Source: Negaprion brevirostris (Eukaryota). Taken from it: DNA of 64,000 nt. Numbering within the stretch: position 1 is the first letter of the stretch; every line of letters begins with the position of its first letter. Positions 1 through 12,454 of the stretch are shown here, in pieces. The notes beneath the pieces are model-generated. The model was not told the DNA's origin, made no database searches, and was given only the letters and a program-made list of their open reading frames with translations. The position numbers and the translations under genes are program-made. Location of the stretch: the NCBI GenBank assembly GCA_030324005.1, contig JARDVH010000084.1, forward strand, positions 55,910,336 to 55,974,335, read 5' to 3'.

Positions 1-54
1 TGTCAGACTTTTAACTGTGTTTACCCCAGTCCAACACCGGCACACCCACATCAT
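1..54. mobile_element. Penelope-like element terminal fragment, truncated by window edge
   Basis: tgtcagacttttaactgtgtttaccccagtccaacaccggcacacccacatcat closely matches 16626-16679, the end of the copy at 16471-16680. Confidence 0.7.
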
Positions 55-1008
55 ATCACATCATTGCCAGTTTCTTTTTTAACATTACTATGTCATTTGT
101 GAATGTAAAGTGATCCACAGGTAACTGGCTAAAATGAATCAGTCTTTACAGGAAATCTCTAAATGTGTCTGCATTTGCACGGGCCATCAGGTCACTGAGT
201 TGACTATTGTTCACACAGAGGAATTGCAATGCTGCACTTCATGCTGGAATCGCGCTGTCAATGGCAGGTTTACTGTGAAACTGACTGTGTGCCGTGCCAT
301 GGACCCCCAACCAACCAAAACTGAGTTCAATTTTGGCTGTTTGGTAGCCTGTGGCACAGCACAGTTAGGTTCACAATAAATCCAAACCACTTGGATCGGA
401 AAGATGACACACTGCCTGCAGGCACTAACAAAAAATCATTGCCTCACAAACACCTTTAGCCCAGCCATACAAAAGATTATACAAATTGTATAAACTAGTG
501 TCAAGACTTGAGTGACACATTCCTTAATTCTCAACTAGAGTAAAACTTTGTCACTTAAACTTTGAAACAAAAGTGCAGTCATTGTTCTCCTTGAAGGTAA
601 AGACTTGTGTGCCAAAAGCAATTCTTTCAAATCCCACAAACTGCCCCAGCTGAATGATTTGTGTGAAATTCATTGACATTTAATTCAATCTTTTTTCTTT
701 GATTTTTCTGAGAAATTGATCTTGCTATCAGTATCCACCTGTCCTTCGTCAACGATATTGTGACTGAAATGAGTCACAGTGTAAAACGGAGATATTCCGA
801 GTGACTGATTGAATGCAGGCTTTCTTGTCTATTTTATTTCAGAGTTTTTACTGGAGAAAGAGCACGGTGAGCCAACTCAAATTAGATATATCAGCCAGTG
901 TTGATAAAAAAATCTTCAAATGGAAACACTGTCTGAGAAGAGTGTCACTTTTCTAACATGATTTAACTCTGGAAATAGAACATTGCTGTAGGCATCAGGT
1001 ACCTGTGT
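55..1008 (-). pseudogene. Candidate pseudo-exon (left end unresolved)
   Basis: Acceptor attatttttAG|ACACAG at 1009/1008; broken frame e.g. SHNIVDEGQVDTDSKINFSEKSKKKD. Confidence 0.35.
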
Positions 1009-1074
1009 CTAAAAATAATTTCTATTAATATAATAGTGATTTGTACTCTAAAGACAAGCATGTTTGTATTGAAA

Positions 1075-1258
1075 CAAAAACAGAAAATGTTGGAAAATCT
1101 CAGCACGTCTGATAGCATCTGTGGAGAGAAAATAGAACCAATGTTTCGAGTCTGGATTACCCTTCGTCAAAGTTCTGACACCGTCAGACCTGCTGAGATT
1201 TTCCAGCATTTTTGTTTTTGTTTCAGATTCCAGCAGCCACAGAATTTTGCCTTTATCT
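1075..1258. mobile_element. Short Penelope-like terminal-repeat element with inverted arms
   Basis: Arm aaaacagaaaatgttggaaaatctcagcacgtctga is inverted relative to tcagacctgctgagattttccagcatttttgttttt; decayed hammerhead-like core on minus strand at 1136-1174. Confidence 0.7.
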
Positions 1259-1385
1259 TAGTGTTTGTATTGAGTTCATTTAATAAATGTGTATGGCACA
1301 AGATCCAGTTCAAATACCCAATCTTTTGTTCTGCTTAGCTTTATTGAAACTTTGAAGAGTGGCACTTGAGTCATGCTGCTGTGGT

Positions 1386-1790
1386 CCATACCAGGATCAC
1401 ACTGTCAGTCCATGCCGGGATCACACTGCCAGTCCATGCCGGGATCACACTGCCAGTCCATACCAGGATCACACTGCCAGTCCATGCCGGGATCACACTG
1501 CCAGTCCATACCGGGATCACACTGCCAGTCCTTGCTGGGATCACACTGCCAGTCCATACCGGGATCACACTGCCAGTCCATACCAGGATCACACTGCCCG
1601 TCCATGCTGGGATCACACTGCCAGTCCATACCAGGATCACACTGCCAGTCCATACCAGGATCACGCTGCCAGTCCATACCGGGATCACACTGCCAGCCCA
1701 TACCGGGATCACACTGCCAGCCCATACCGGGATCACACTGCCAGTCCATACCGGGATCTCGCTGCCAGTCCATGCCAGCATCACGCTGCT
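1386..1790. repeat. 24-bp minisatellite, ~17 copies (consensus ccataccgggatcacactgccagt)
   Basis: Direct tandem units visible; give 8-aa periodic ORFs in five frames (PYRDHTAS etc.). Confidence 0.97.
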
Positions 1791-1929
1791 ACAATTCCCA
1801 CAGTTTAAACAACATGCATTCTGGATACTTTAGTGCAGGGAGACCATCGTGTTCAGTGTCAGAGCATATGTGGGAGGTTGCGCTTCTTGCCATTGATTCT
1901 GTGGTGATTATCTATTTTGCCCCTTCCTA

Positions 1930-2870
1930 ATGGGTTGTTTTGTGTTGAGGTGGCGTGGTGAGGAAAAAGAATCAAGTGCAAAATCAAAAACTGTCAAGGA
2001 AGAAGTAGCTAAAAAGAGAAAAATCAGAGATAAGGGCAGAATGGTAAAAGAGATTTGGGAGCGAGAGTATTTTGTTCCTGAACAGAAATGGAGACCATTG
2101 TGCTTAATTTGCAATGAGGTGACAGCAATTCCAAACAAACACAATGTTAGGAACATTATGAAACACACCATTCCTCTCACATGGTAAACTTTCCGGTAGG
2201 CTTTGCCCAACAGCTTTCAAATCTGAAGGAAGCCATGAAATCACAAAGACAGCTCTTTAGACAAGTATTAAGCGACAATGACTTTGTGACTTTGGTTAGC
2301 TTTTGTATTGCTTGGTTACTTGTAAAAAATGAAAAGCCATTCTCAGATGGCAAATTAGTGAAAGAATGCAGCATTGAATCTACAGGTGTTTTATTTGCTG
2401 ATAATAATTCAACAAAAGCCAGTTTTCCCATCACCAATAAAACTTTGTGAATCAAAAGGAAGAGCTGCATCCATGGCTAGACCCAGTCTGTACCCAGGAC
2501 CTATAACCATAGCCGGGGTTGAAGCTATAGGTTTTTAAGCCCCCACTCACTTTTCATTGGATGAACTTCTTCTTGATCATTAAGGGAGTTCATATTCCAC
2601 AAGGCGCACAGGGAGACAATTCCCCATGTCCTTCATGGTCATCATAACAGCTGGGTTTAAAAACCAAGAGGAAATTATCAAACATGTTAAATGTCTGAAT
2701 CTCAGCAGATGTACTGTGAATTGCAGAATGCAAGAAAGCACTGCCAATCTGACAGAGTAGCCTTTCAGATTGATGTTCAAGTGAGGCTATCAGTGTAGCA
2801 CTGGATGAATGCAAAGATATTAGTGACACTGCTCAGCTCTACACATGGGTTCATTGTGTTAGTCAGGAGG
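1930..2870 (+). mobile_element. Decayed hAT (Charlie/SPIN/GTF2IRD2-like) transposase relic
   Basis: KKRKIRDKGRMVKEIWEREYF..RPLCLICNE (BED-finger-like), then KNEKPFSDGKLVKEC, then SVALDECKDISDTAQL at ~2790-2840 (first catalytic Asp motif); frameshifted. Confidence 0.85.
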
Positions 2871-3233
2871 ACGTGGTGGGATGGGAGTAGCAATAACAGC
2901 ATTTACTAGTTTGGTAGAAAACTGATTTAAGTCCAGTGCAATTAACTTCACATTTGTGTGACCTTCCTTCCATCCACCCAATAGCTCTGCCAAGCTTTAA
3001 CGTGAAAGGGGGAAGATATGTCTAGTTCTAGCCTTGGGTGCTGGCAGTGCTGGAGGAATGTGTTGTGTGCAGCCAAAAAGAAGGGTCCAACCGTGGGTTG
3101 CAGGAATGCAATTGGCTGCTTGATTGCCTTTGCTTAAGAAACCTTTTATATACTAAAATGCCTACAATAGGTGGTGGGCAGAATGGGATGGTGTTGCTAT
3201 GTCAATAATATGGAGAAATGTGACACATGGGGG

Positions 3234-4366
3234 GAGAGGTGATTTTATCATTGCATTGTGCCCGTTTTCAGGCATGAAAGGGTGGTAAAGTCGGGCGTGA
3301 GGCTAATAGTATGATCCGTGCTCGTGTTCGCACAAATTCCTGCTTTACTAAAATGGCCACGATTGGAACCATGCCCGAAATGGGCATGATTGCAATTCAA
3401 ATGCATTTGCATACATTTAAATTGATTTAATGAGTTGGACGCCCAACTTTATTTGCATTCCCCCCTTTACCATNNNNNNNNNNNNNNNNNNNNNNNNNNN
3501 NNNNNNNNNNNNNNNNNNNNNNNNNNNNNNNNNNNNNNNNNNNNNNNNNNNNNNNNNNNNNNNNNNNNNNNNNNNNNNNNNNNNNNNNNNNNNNNNNNNN
3601 NNNNNNNNNNNNNNNNNNNNNNNNNNNNNNNNNNNNNNNNNNNNNNNNNNNNNNNNNNNNNNNNNNNNNNNNNNNNNNNNNNNNNNNNNNNNNNNNNNNN
3701 NNNNNNNNNNNNNNNNNNNNNNNNNNNNNNNNNNNNNNNNNNNNNNNNNNNNNNNNNNNNNNNNNNNNNNNNNNNNNNNNNNNNNNNNNNNNNNNNNNNN
3801 NNNNNNNNNNNNNNNNNNNNNNNNNNNNNNNNNNNNNNNNNNNNNNNNNNNNNNNNNNNNNNNNNNNNNNNNNNNNNNNNNNNNNNNNNNNNNNNNNNNN
3901 NNNNNNNNNNNNNNNNNNNNNNNNNNNNNNNNNNNNNNNNNNNNNNNNNNNNNNNNNNNNNNNNNNNNNNNNNNNNNNNNNNNNNNNNNNNNNNNNNNNN
4001 NNNNNNNNNNNNNNNNNNNNNNNNNNNNNNNNNTGGATAAGGGGGAATAAGATATGTTGTAGGGCTGGAGCAATATCTGTGGGGGCCTTTGGTCCCAGGC
4101 CATTTTATCTGCTTTTTGTGGCCCAGGAGCGATGTGATAGGGAGTGTTCCTCAATTTTCTTTTTCCACTGCAAATGCGCAGTTAAAAGATCCCATCGGAG
4201 CAGCAATGTTTAGGGTGAGATAAGCCCCACCCACAGCGTGATTCAGATTCCTGATTTCTTTTTTCAGGCTGAGTGCATATGGGAGCATCTGAGAACAAGT
4301 TTCCAACTCGGATCTAAATTGTGCCCAGATTCAGCACTTAGAATCAAAATAGTAAAATCGTCCCCA
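3234..4366. mobile_element. Non-autonomous Harbinger/PIF-like DNA element with internal N gap
   Basis: Imperfect terminal inverted repeats (gaggtgattttatc ... gtaaaatcgtcccc); subterminal atgcatttgcat motif resembles those in the other GC-rich elements here. Confidence 0.55.
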
Positions 4367-7257
4367 TGATGTAACATCATCCTGTGGTATCACAAGGCCC
4401 CACTCATGGATAGAAATATTTAACATCCACCATTTCTTCTGCAAGAAAATCCTGGAATTGGTGCTGACCAGTAGGGAGTCGATAGAGTTGCTTGCAAACC
4501 AACAACTTATTCCAGAGCCAAGTGAAAGCAAAGAGAAAAGACAGTTAAAAATTCCCCAAAACTTTCTCCATTCGTCAAGGTATTTTCCGCGATCACAAAT
4601 GAACAAAGGAATACAGCACAAGGGAAGCATCCTAACAAATTATCATTAGCAAATAAAGAAAACTGAAAATCAAATAGATTAATAAAAAAAAATCTCAACT
4701 GTGATGTCTGGTAGCACCGGATTCTCAGAGCTATAGCCACTGTATTCCTCAAACTCAGAGGGTGCCAATGCTCGGCTGGAAATTGGGGTAGAGAAGATAC
4801 GTCAGGACAAAAACAAGAGGGGTTAAAACTCAGCAGGACAATTCCAGATCCATAGGAGTACACTGGGTGTCCGCTGATTATAGCTGTAATGGACAGCAAC
4901 AAACCCCATTTTGACCTGCTCCAGGAAGAAAGCATGTCATCAGGAACCAAAAGACAGAACACAGTCAGGGGAAAAAATAATATTTACAAAAGCAGCACTA
5001 GTTTCCCCCTCCTGATCAAATGTATCCACATATGGATATAATTTCAGTTTGATGCCGTGTGTTTCCATAAAGTGCACTTTCTCACTATTAAACTTCGTGG
5101 GAAACACAAAGGCTTTGAATTGCTTTTTGATCATTCCGATACAGGAACATCAATGACTCACAAAATGTTAAGAGTATTTACTCAGCAAGACCTAGTTTGT
5201 TTCCAGACTATTCCCAATTGTGTTGTGTTCTGTTGCAGCAAAAGAGGGGGAAATACTTTAAAAATTGTATTTACATCTTAAGGTAAGCAGTTCCTGATTA
5301 ATACTTGGAAATAGCTTATAAACTATTCAATTTACTCAGGCTGGTGGGGCGGGAAATACTAGTTTTCTAGATTGATTTATAACGTCTGTATAATATTTCC
5401 AGATGTAGTTAACATACAATAACCTCATTTTTGATTTTCTAACCATATCTAGAACTTTTTCTCCTTTATTAATTTCCAATACTCTCCCTTCCTCCCTTCA
5501 AGACCCAGATTGTACCAATGACCTGCTCCATTGGCATTGGCCAATCTCTGACACTTCGTCTAAATGACTGTTCTTCATTATAGATGCTTAACGGTGAACA
5601 CTGAGAGGTTATTTGACATTGAGGTGTATCATAAGGGAGCACGAGTCTGTCCATACTCAACTTCCAAATGACGATACATTGCAATAGGATCAGGAGATTT
5701 GAGGTGAGGTATTGGAAATCCCGGTCAGTGATTAGGACAGGATTCCCAGTTGATTCCCTACCGTCCCTCCTGCCACAGTCACTTCTAAGGCCAAGGCCAA
5801 TTTTCACAATCCGGCTGCTGCACCATCTGACCCAGCGAGGGTCTTCCTGGTATGTACGCTAATCATTTACCCACTGTGTGTCAAGTCCACAACCCCTAAA
5901 TGTCAGAGTTATACTGCATTCTGGAGGACATTTAAACCCCGGCAAAGTTAAAATCCTAACTCTGAACTGCAACATAACAGGGTTAATTAAATCCAGTCAG
6001 AATCAGCAGTATAAACATGGCCCAATCCAGTGATTGATTTCACACTGACACTGACAAACAGCACATAATTTTGCACCAGATTTAGGCTGAATTACTCATC
6101 CATCCTGTTTTCTCCTTGCTCTTCACACCAGCCACTGTGCTATTTTGATTCAACAATAACAAAATCATTAAACTAAGTATTCTTGTACAATCTAGATTGA
6201 TGGTTCCTGAGATTCCAGATAGCCACAGGATAGCATGTTTTCTACAAATGCTCGAGATAGAAAGAAAAACTTTATGCCCACAGGCTATACGTTCCCTAGA
6301 CAAGTACCTACTTCACAAACTGAATCCATTTTATTCTGTTATCCAAAACATTTCACTTTTGGGGCTCCAGGTATAAGGAAGTCTCCAGACCAGCATTAAG
6401 CACAATAAACAGGTATCATAGCCATTCTGAGTATGATAATTCAAATTCTCCACATTCCAAGCTCCATGGCATGGCAAAAGTCAGAAAAAGACCATTTGTT
6501 CTGCTGGTGTCACCTTCAGGTATACCAAACCAGCTGATCAAAATGTATTGAAATCCAAGTAAGTTTCCGAATCTACATGAGTAATGCTAGTGTTTTACTC
6601 TGTCGGTATTCCAGTGTTATATTTATTCTTTCAGCCCATGACAGCCAAATAAGTGCGCTTCGTCTATATTTGAATGGCACTTTCTTGTTACCATCTGCCT
6701 TGGCAGGATGATTATGCATTTGCATCAAAGTACTGCTGCCCTCATATTGAGACTATGTGCCCCTATGATTCTGATCTGTGTGTTTAACTGCCTGGTACAA
6801 CAACCCCCTATATGTGGTTTCACAAGAACTTATGTATTAAATGTTCATCTTACTATAACTTGCAGTGCTTTTTATTTTTCATCTCATGAGTACATGAGCC
6901 AAATTAAATTACATCAAGACCATGTTGGCTTAATTCCTGATGGACCGACATCTTATAACGTATTTATATGTAAATTGTATATTACAAGACAAAGAAATAC
7001 AGTGTGATGTGATGCTTGCGTTTTAGCATGACAGTCGTTTATGTTAAACCTTGACTCAATCCATTGACAACAAATTATATTTTTCTCTTAAAATGAAGGT
7101 TACATGATTCACAGCCAAACTCAATAAGGCGCTCTGACTAGACAATACAAGTTGGAGATAGAACTAAGACAGACTACCTCTGATTCCCTAGCTTTGCCCC
7201 CGTTCAATGAGGCAGCACAATCTTGTTGACTTGGCTCTCTTTTGGCACTAAAGAAAT

Positions 7258-7380
7258 CACCATAACGCATTGGAGCAGGAGTCGGCCATTTGGTCCTTCA
7301 AGTCTGCTCTATCATTCAGTGAGATCAGGACTGACCTGATATAATCCTCAACTCCACTTTCCCACCTTATCCTCATAGCC
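7258..7380 (-). mobile_element. CR1-like LINE 3' UTR fragment
   Basis: Reverse complement resembles the CR1 tails at 31880-32000 and 52560-52660 (ggtgggaaagtggagttgagg...). Confidence 0.65.
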
Positions 7381-7389
7381 ACCAGGCTC

Positions 7390-7592
7390 AAAAACAAAAT
7401 ACTGCCAATGCTGGAAATATGAAATAAAAGCACAAATTCAGGAAATATTCAGCCAATCTAGCAACATCTATAGACAGAGAAACATGGTAAACCTTTCAAG
7501 TAAATGACATAAAATGTTAAATTCTATTTCCCGCCCCACAGATAACGCCTGACCTGCTGAGTGTTTCCAACACTTTTTGTTTTAATTCAAAT
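7390..7592. mobile_element. Decayed Penelope-like terminal element
   Basis: Same inverted-arm family as 1075-1258 (gctggaaat... / cctgacctgctgagtgtttccaacactttttgttttt). Confidence 0.6.
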
Positions 7593-7634
7593 GCAACCTA
7601 AATTTAACTAGAACAAAAATGCCTTTTTGACTAC

Positions 7635-7984
7635 CTAAATGTTGCAATAAGTGCACTGTCCGGTGGGGAGTTACACTGAGCACAAAGGTCAGTGCAGCTG
7701 TAACATCGATGAGGAAGGTTGGCGGAGGTAACAATTACCATAATTGACCGCAACATCAGAAAATCAGAAAAATATCCTAGCTGGCTGCGCCTGGCTATAA
7801 GCATTGAACCCCATCACTGGAAAGCAGATGTATTAAGGACATCAGGTGAGCATCATGTCAAGTGCATGGAGATGCTTTCAGCCAATTAAATGTGGGCTGG
7901 CCATCAGTCAATGTCAGGGTTGATGTATGAAGGTTGTCCATTTGGGTGACGTAACAGCAGCCTGACCTTAGAATCAGCAAACAC
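7635..7984 (-). pseudogene. Candidate pseudo-exon
   Basis: Acceptor tttttttttctgcaAG|GTG, donor TAG|GTAGTC; stops in all three frames. Confidence 0.35.
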
Positions 7985-9093
7985 CTTGCAGAAAAAAAAA
8001 GACATAAAAAGACATTTAAAAACAATTAGGTTCAGATTTGTAAGATTATCATGGCCATGTTCCATTTAACAGGAAGCTGCCTCCTATCCACCCCAACTTA
8101 AAATCATAGCTTTAATGCAAAGTGCAAGCACAGTCGAAGCCACAGCTGAAATCCAGCTCCATCTTTGTTGATGCTGTTTGAATGGCAAAAATATTATAAA
8201 ATGGTTAAAATCCATCTTTAGAACTCGCAATCTTGAATCTGTAGCATTGCTGTACTGGCACCAGACCTGAAAGGATGTCTAGGCTGCATGTCAGTCAATG
8301 AACCGGTTTATGTCATGCCTCAAGAATGAAATGTCAATCCAGACAGTGCTCAACTGGAGCTCCTGTTTTCTTTAAAAGCTGCTATAATTCAAAGTGAGAC
8401 TGAGGTGCTGACTGCTGTAATTAATTTAACAAGGCGCGGGACTGAACAGATTTAGTCAGCTGCCATTGAGAGGTCTTTCCTGAGCTCACTTTTTAGACAC
8501 TTTACTGTCTATCTCAGTTGTCGCAAACCAAAGAGTTGGTGCAGTAGAAAAATACAGCAGGCATTGATTTAGGAGTGTGATTAATAAATATTAAATTAAA
8601 TACTCATTGATTAATACCTCTGTACAAAATATGCTTCACTATAATAGATGCTCACTGCTCTCGCTGAGAGGCACTATTCACTGTTTCCCATTCCTGTATA
8701 TATGCTATCTGTTGTACATGTAGAAGAAAAGCATTTTAGAAATGAATAGATTATAACTTGTTTATGTCACTGAGGTTTTTATCTTTATCACCTGAGTGGG
8801 GTGGAGCACAGAGAGTAAAATCAGACGGGAAGTTTAAACAACCCAAACAGAGCCTTCCCAATTCTCCTACTATTCAATCGCTGGAAGGAAAATCAGTTGA
8901 GGACCAAACTTTCTTACCAGGTTTCCCTTTCTCCACTCAGTCCAGGCAATGCTTAAAGCTCAAGCCAATAAATTCAAAAAAAATCAGTCCTTTCCATTAT
9001 GCAGCTATTTTAATCTATTTACATACGCAGTTTTTTCCAATACACTATATTTGCCTTCCCTTTTTTTTGCCCTACAGTGCTTTATATTTTCAA

Positions 9094-9183
9094 CAAGAAG
9101 TCTCACAACACCAGGTTGAAGTCCAACAGGTTTATTTGGAATCATGAGCTTTTGGAGCACTGTTCCTTCATCAGATGAGTGGC
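9094..9183. mobile_element. Penelope-like terminal fragment with inactivated hammerhead
   Basis: aagaagtctcacaacaccaggttgaagtccaacaggtttatttgg head; minus strand reads tcatCTGATGAaggaacagtgctccAAAAgctcatga. Confidence 0.75.
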
Positions 9184-9501
9184 TATATTTTCAAGATAAT
9201 TGAGTCACACATAATTGTCCCATAAGTTTATAGAATTTTTCTTCAATATCACAGTTCAGTTTGTGGGGTTTCTTCTTTTTCAACCCAGGTTAACAGGACT
9301 ACAGCCTCTGACGATGACATTAGAAGATAGATAATCGACACAGTCAGATGGCATTCTTTTGTCCGCCATTTGGCTGGCATTAACGTATTCATTCAAAAAT
9401 CTGACCACAAAAATAGTAAAGTACCGCAAGATAATTGCACTTGGGTGCAACTGACATAAGGTAACCTACAAATACATATAAATATTTTCCAATTAAATTA
9501 C

Positions 9502-10610
9502 TTAATTTCTAGCATGCATTTGTCACACTTGGAAGTGATTAAAGATTGTTTTCTGTGTTTTCTCTTCATAATCTACTTTTAATGCAGAGCTCAGAGGTGG
9601 GAATTTACAAGCAACTGCCCATCTATAAAACCTTCCCTGGACAATTAACTACTAACTTAGGAGCATCTAATTCATAGTCTACAACACCCTGGTAACTCAG
9701 TCCAACTGAGAGTGTATTTGTAATTCACCATCCTGGTCTGTTGGAATTTTGTGGCATAATCATTTTAAATAGGCTGATTTTAACACTAAACGGAATGCCA
9801 AAATCACCTAGATTAGTATCCGGTGCTTCAGAAATATTCAAGGTAACAGGAACATTGACCGATATGGTACATGTGGTGTCAAATGTGCCATGATACACAA
9901 TTATGTAGCTTACAAAAAAAGAGGGGTCGCCACTGCGGTATCAGATCCCTGTATGTGTCCTTTTGGGGCATTTATTTTGGGCAAGATTCTAAACAATAAG
10001 ACACCATTTTAAACACACCTCATTCTAAGTAGCTGAACCCTAATGCTGCCCATCAGCAATGCTAAGGCAGATCAGCTGGTAATTTTAATCTCTTCTTGTG
10101 GTGAATGTGACAAGAATCGGCTTGTGTCGAGCACACGTTGCTTCAAAATCATGAGGATTTGGGCTCCACAAATAAAAATTTTCCTTTTACAGGAATTCAA
10201 AGTGTTCTTACACCAACCATCTTCACTCTGATTAACATCGACTTCAGCACACATGTCAGATTCTTTCTCATCTGTTACTAACACAGGAACTAACAGAGGA
10301 AACAGGATTTCAGGAATCACAGTGCAAATGAATCAATATCCAATAACTTCCAATAACTTAGTAGCTAAATGCAGGACGCCAGGCTTGTTTTGTACACAAT
10401 AATGATACAGTGAATCACACCCAAGGCATCTTGAAGAGCCCTAGGTTTGGCTGAGTTAAGAAAGGGGGGGAAATACAGCCAGGGTTCCAGCTTTTGACCA
10501 CAATTCTGTGGCTTCCTATTAGAACGTGCATGGTTGTGGGTAGGGACATGGAGGAGACGGTGACAGGATCCAGCATGGTAGAACAGGCCACCGGCACTCA
10601 TTGTTCTAAC
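9502..10610 (-). pseudogene. Candidate large pseudo-exon
   Basis: ttAG|GTT next to N gap, donor TAA|GTAATT; fragments VPVLVTDEKESDMCAEVDVNQSEDGW and TLNISEAPDTNLGDFGIP. Confidence 0.4.
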
Positions 10611-11905
10611 CTAANNNNNNNNNNNNNNNNNNNNNNNNNNNNNNNNNNNNNNCACAGCGGTGGGGGTGGGGGTGTGAGAGGTACAGACATTGGTATTAAG
10701 AATAAAAACAAAAAGGCTGCCAGTTTCAAATGAAGTTGTTTTACTGGCGCTCTTGCCTACAGTGCTGGTGCTGTTTGAGCAGCCACAGCTGTTTCACACA
10801 TACACATGCACTGGGCTCCACACTTCACACTATGTCTCGCATTGAATGTCTCTATACAACTGGGTCCTTATTTTCTTTTTACAATACAGTAAACAAGGAA
10901 ACCAGCCATCAATTATTAGTGCAGAGTATATCTAAATTTCAGAGCCATGAAGAGATTTTTGTTAAATGAAGCAGATTACTTTATGCCAACAATAACAGAC
11001 GGTGTTGTTAAATATAAATCAAGTGGTACAGACATTTCATGCTTGACTCATTTGGAGCATTAGACAAACGCAGACCAGCCTGGCAGAACTTGGAGCGTCT
11101 CAGAATGTGTGACTAATATAACTTCATAAGATATTATTTCTGATTTATCATCTCAGTCTCACCACATGAAGAAAAACAGAAAACCAAGAATTCCTTGATG
11201 ATCTCTGCACACGATCTAGTCCACTATGTTTCACTAACAGAAAACTGTACAAGTGAAAACCTCTTTCAGTATACTTCCTCCTGTTCCTTTGCTTTGATTA
11301 TTTAAGTAATACATCCAGCTAAACTACCTCCACGTTTCCTAAGACACTGGCTTTTGCTCTCATACATTTCAATGGGTGCCACATGCCCGCTGATATAATA
11401 CCCATTGATCAACTTTCATATGGTTTACATTGTGGACTTGAGAGCAGGATCTAGATTGTTCAGCCAAGATTATTTCAATGCCACCATTTACCCCTTTGAA
11501 ATTATTAGCCAATCAGAAAATCTAGGCCTGAATGTCAGCAGATAATTTCATGATGACACATCATAGCCAATTCAATTTTGCCCTTATCAGAAATGATCAC
11601 AGCCATAACCACCCAGCAGGGATCACTAACAAGCAATCAAGAGCTGATTATTTTTCCTTTCTTAGAGTAGGAATACTGATACCAATTGTAATAAACTTAC
11701 CTACCACTGCCCCACCATAGAAATGGATTAAATTTCACCAGTCGCTTACTATTTAATCCCAAGTCCTCAGGCTTTGACATAGTATTAATCCAAATTGATC
11801 TGAAAATGTGGAATCCTAACCCATGGTTATTTTTTTAAAAGTATAGGCTCTGCTTCAAGAGCTTTCTGAATTTCAAGATGGTATTGCCATTCAGTTGGAG
11901 ACAGT

Positions 11906-12026
11906 GGGGGGAATTTTCCTGTACTGTCCACCACAGAAATCATAGCGGGTGGGGGTGGACCATATAAAGTTCCATTGGCCTCAGGTGGGATTTTCCAGTT
12001 TTGGGGTGAGCTAGAAAATCCCACCC
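11906..12026. mobile_element. Tourist/Harbinger-like MITE
   Basis: TIRs ggggggaattttcc ... gaaaatcccaccc. Confidence 0.75.
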
Positions 12027-12212
12027 AAAGGATTCTACTGCGCTGCCACTTTCAGAGGGTCGCACACTCTACAATGGTAATTGTGCTCAGCTTAAAAAAA
12101 ATCAACAATAGCTGCCTGAATTGATTGCCTACAGTCTTCTCTTGCTCAGCATTTTACTTTAAAGCCACAAATTTATCAAGTTCTGACTTTTGCTTTCTCT
12201 CAGCTGAGTTTA

Positions 12213-12454
12213 GGGCCAGAACTTTCCAGCTGTTCATGCCAGTGAGATATTCTGGTCCCACCAGAAGTGGACCATTGCCACCTTGAAACTCACAGCTGGA
12301 GTGTGCTGTAGGAGGGACCTGGTTTCATGGCAGCAAGGGGTGCATTCAACAGGAAACCCTGCACCTGGTGGGTCCAGAAGATCCTGCCACTGACCAATGA
12401 TGAACCACCTCCCACCATCGTGAAACACACGGGTAGCTCGGTAAATCCCACCCC
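12213..12454. mobile_element. Tourist/Harbinger-like MITE
   Basis: gggccagaactttcc ... gtaaatcccacccc; interior similar to 30522-30709. Confidence 0.7.

Noticed and set aside
1359-1930. Five overlapping ORFs with 8-aa periodicity; array superficially CRISPR-like
   Set aside because: Head-to-tail 24-bp tandem repeat without unique spacers or cas genes, in a vertebrate context; the ORFs are a by-product of the repeat
3417-4154. Long ORFs of 200-245 aa
   Set aside because: Mostly X from an N run; the same applies to ORFs at 27402-27945 and 50690-51343
5057-5290. Plus-strand ORF followed by AG|GTAAGC donor
   Set aside because: Stop precedes the donor, there is no matching acceptor or partner exon, and neighbouring coding-like signal is on the minus strand
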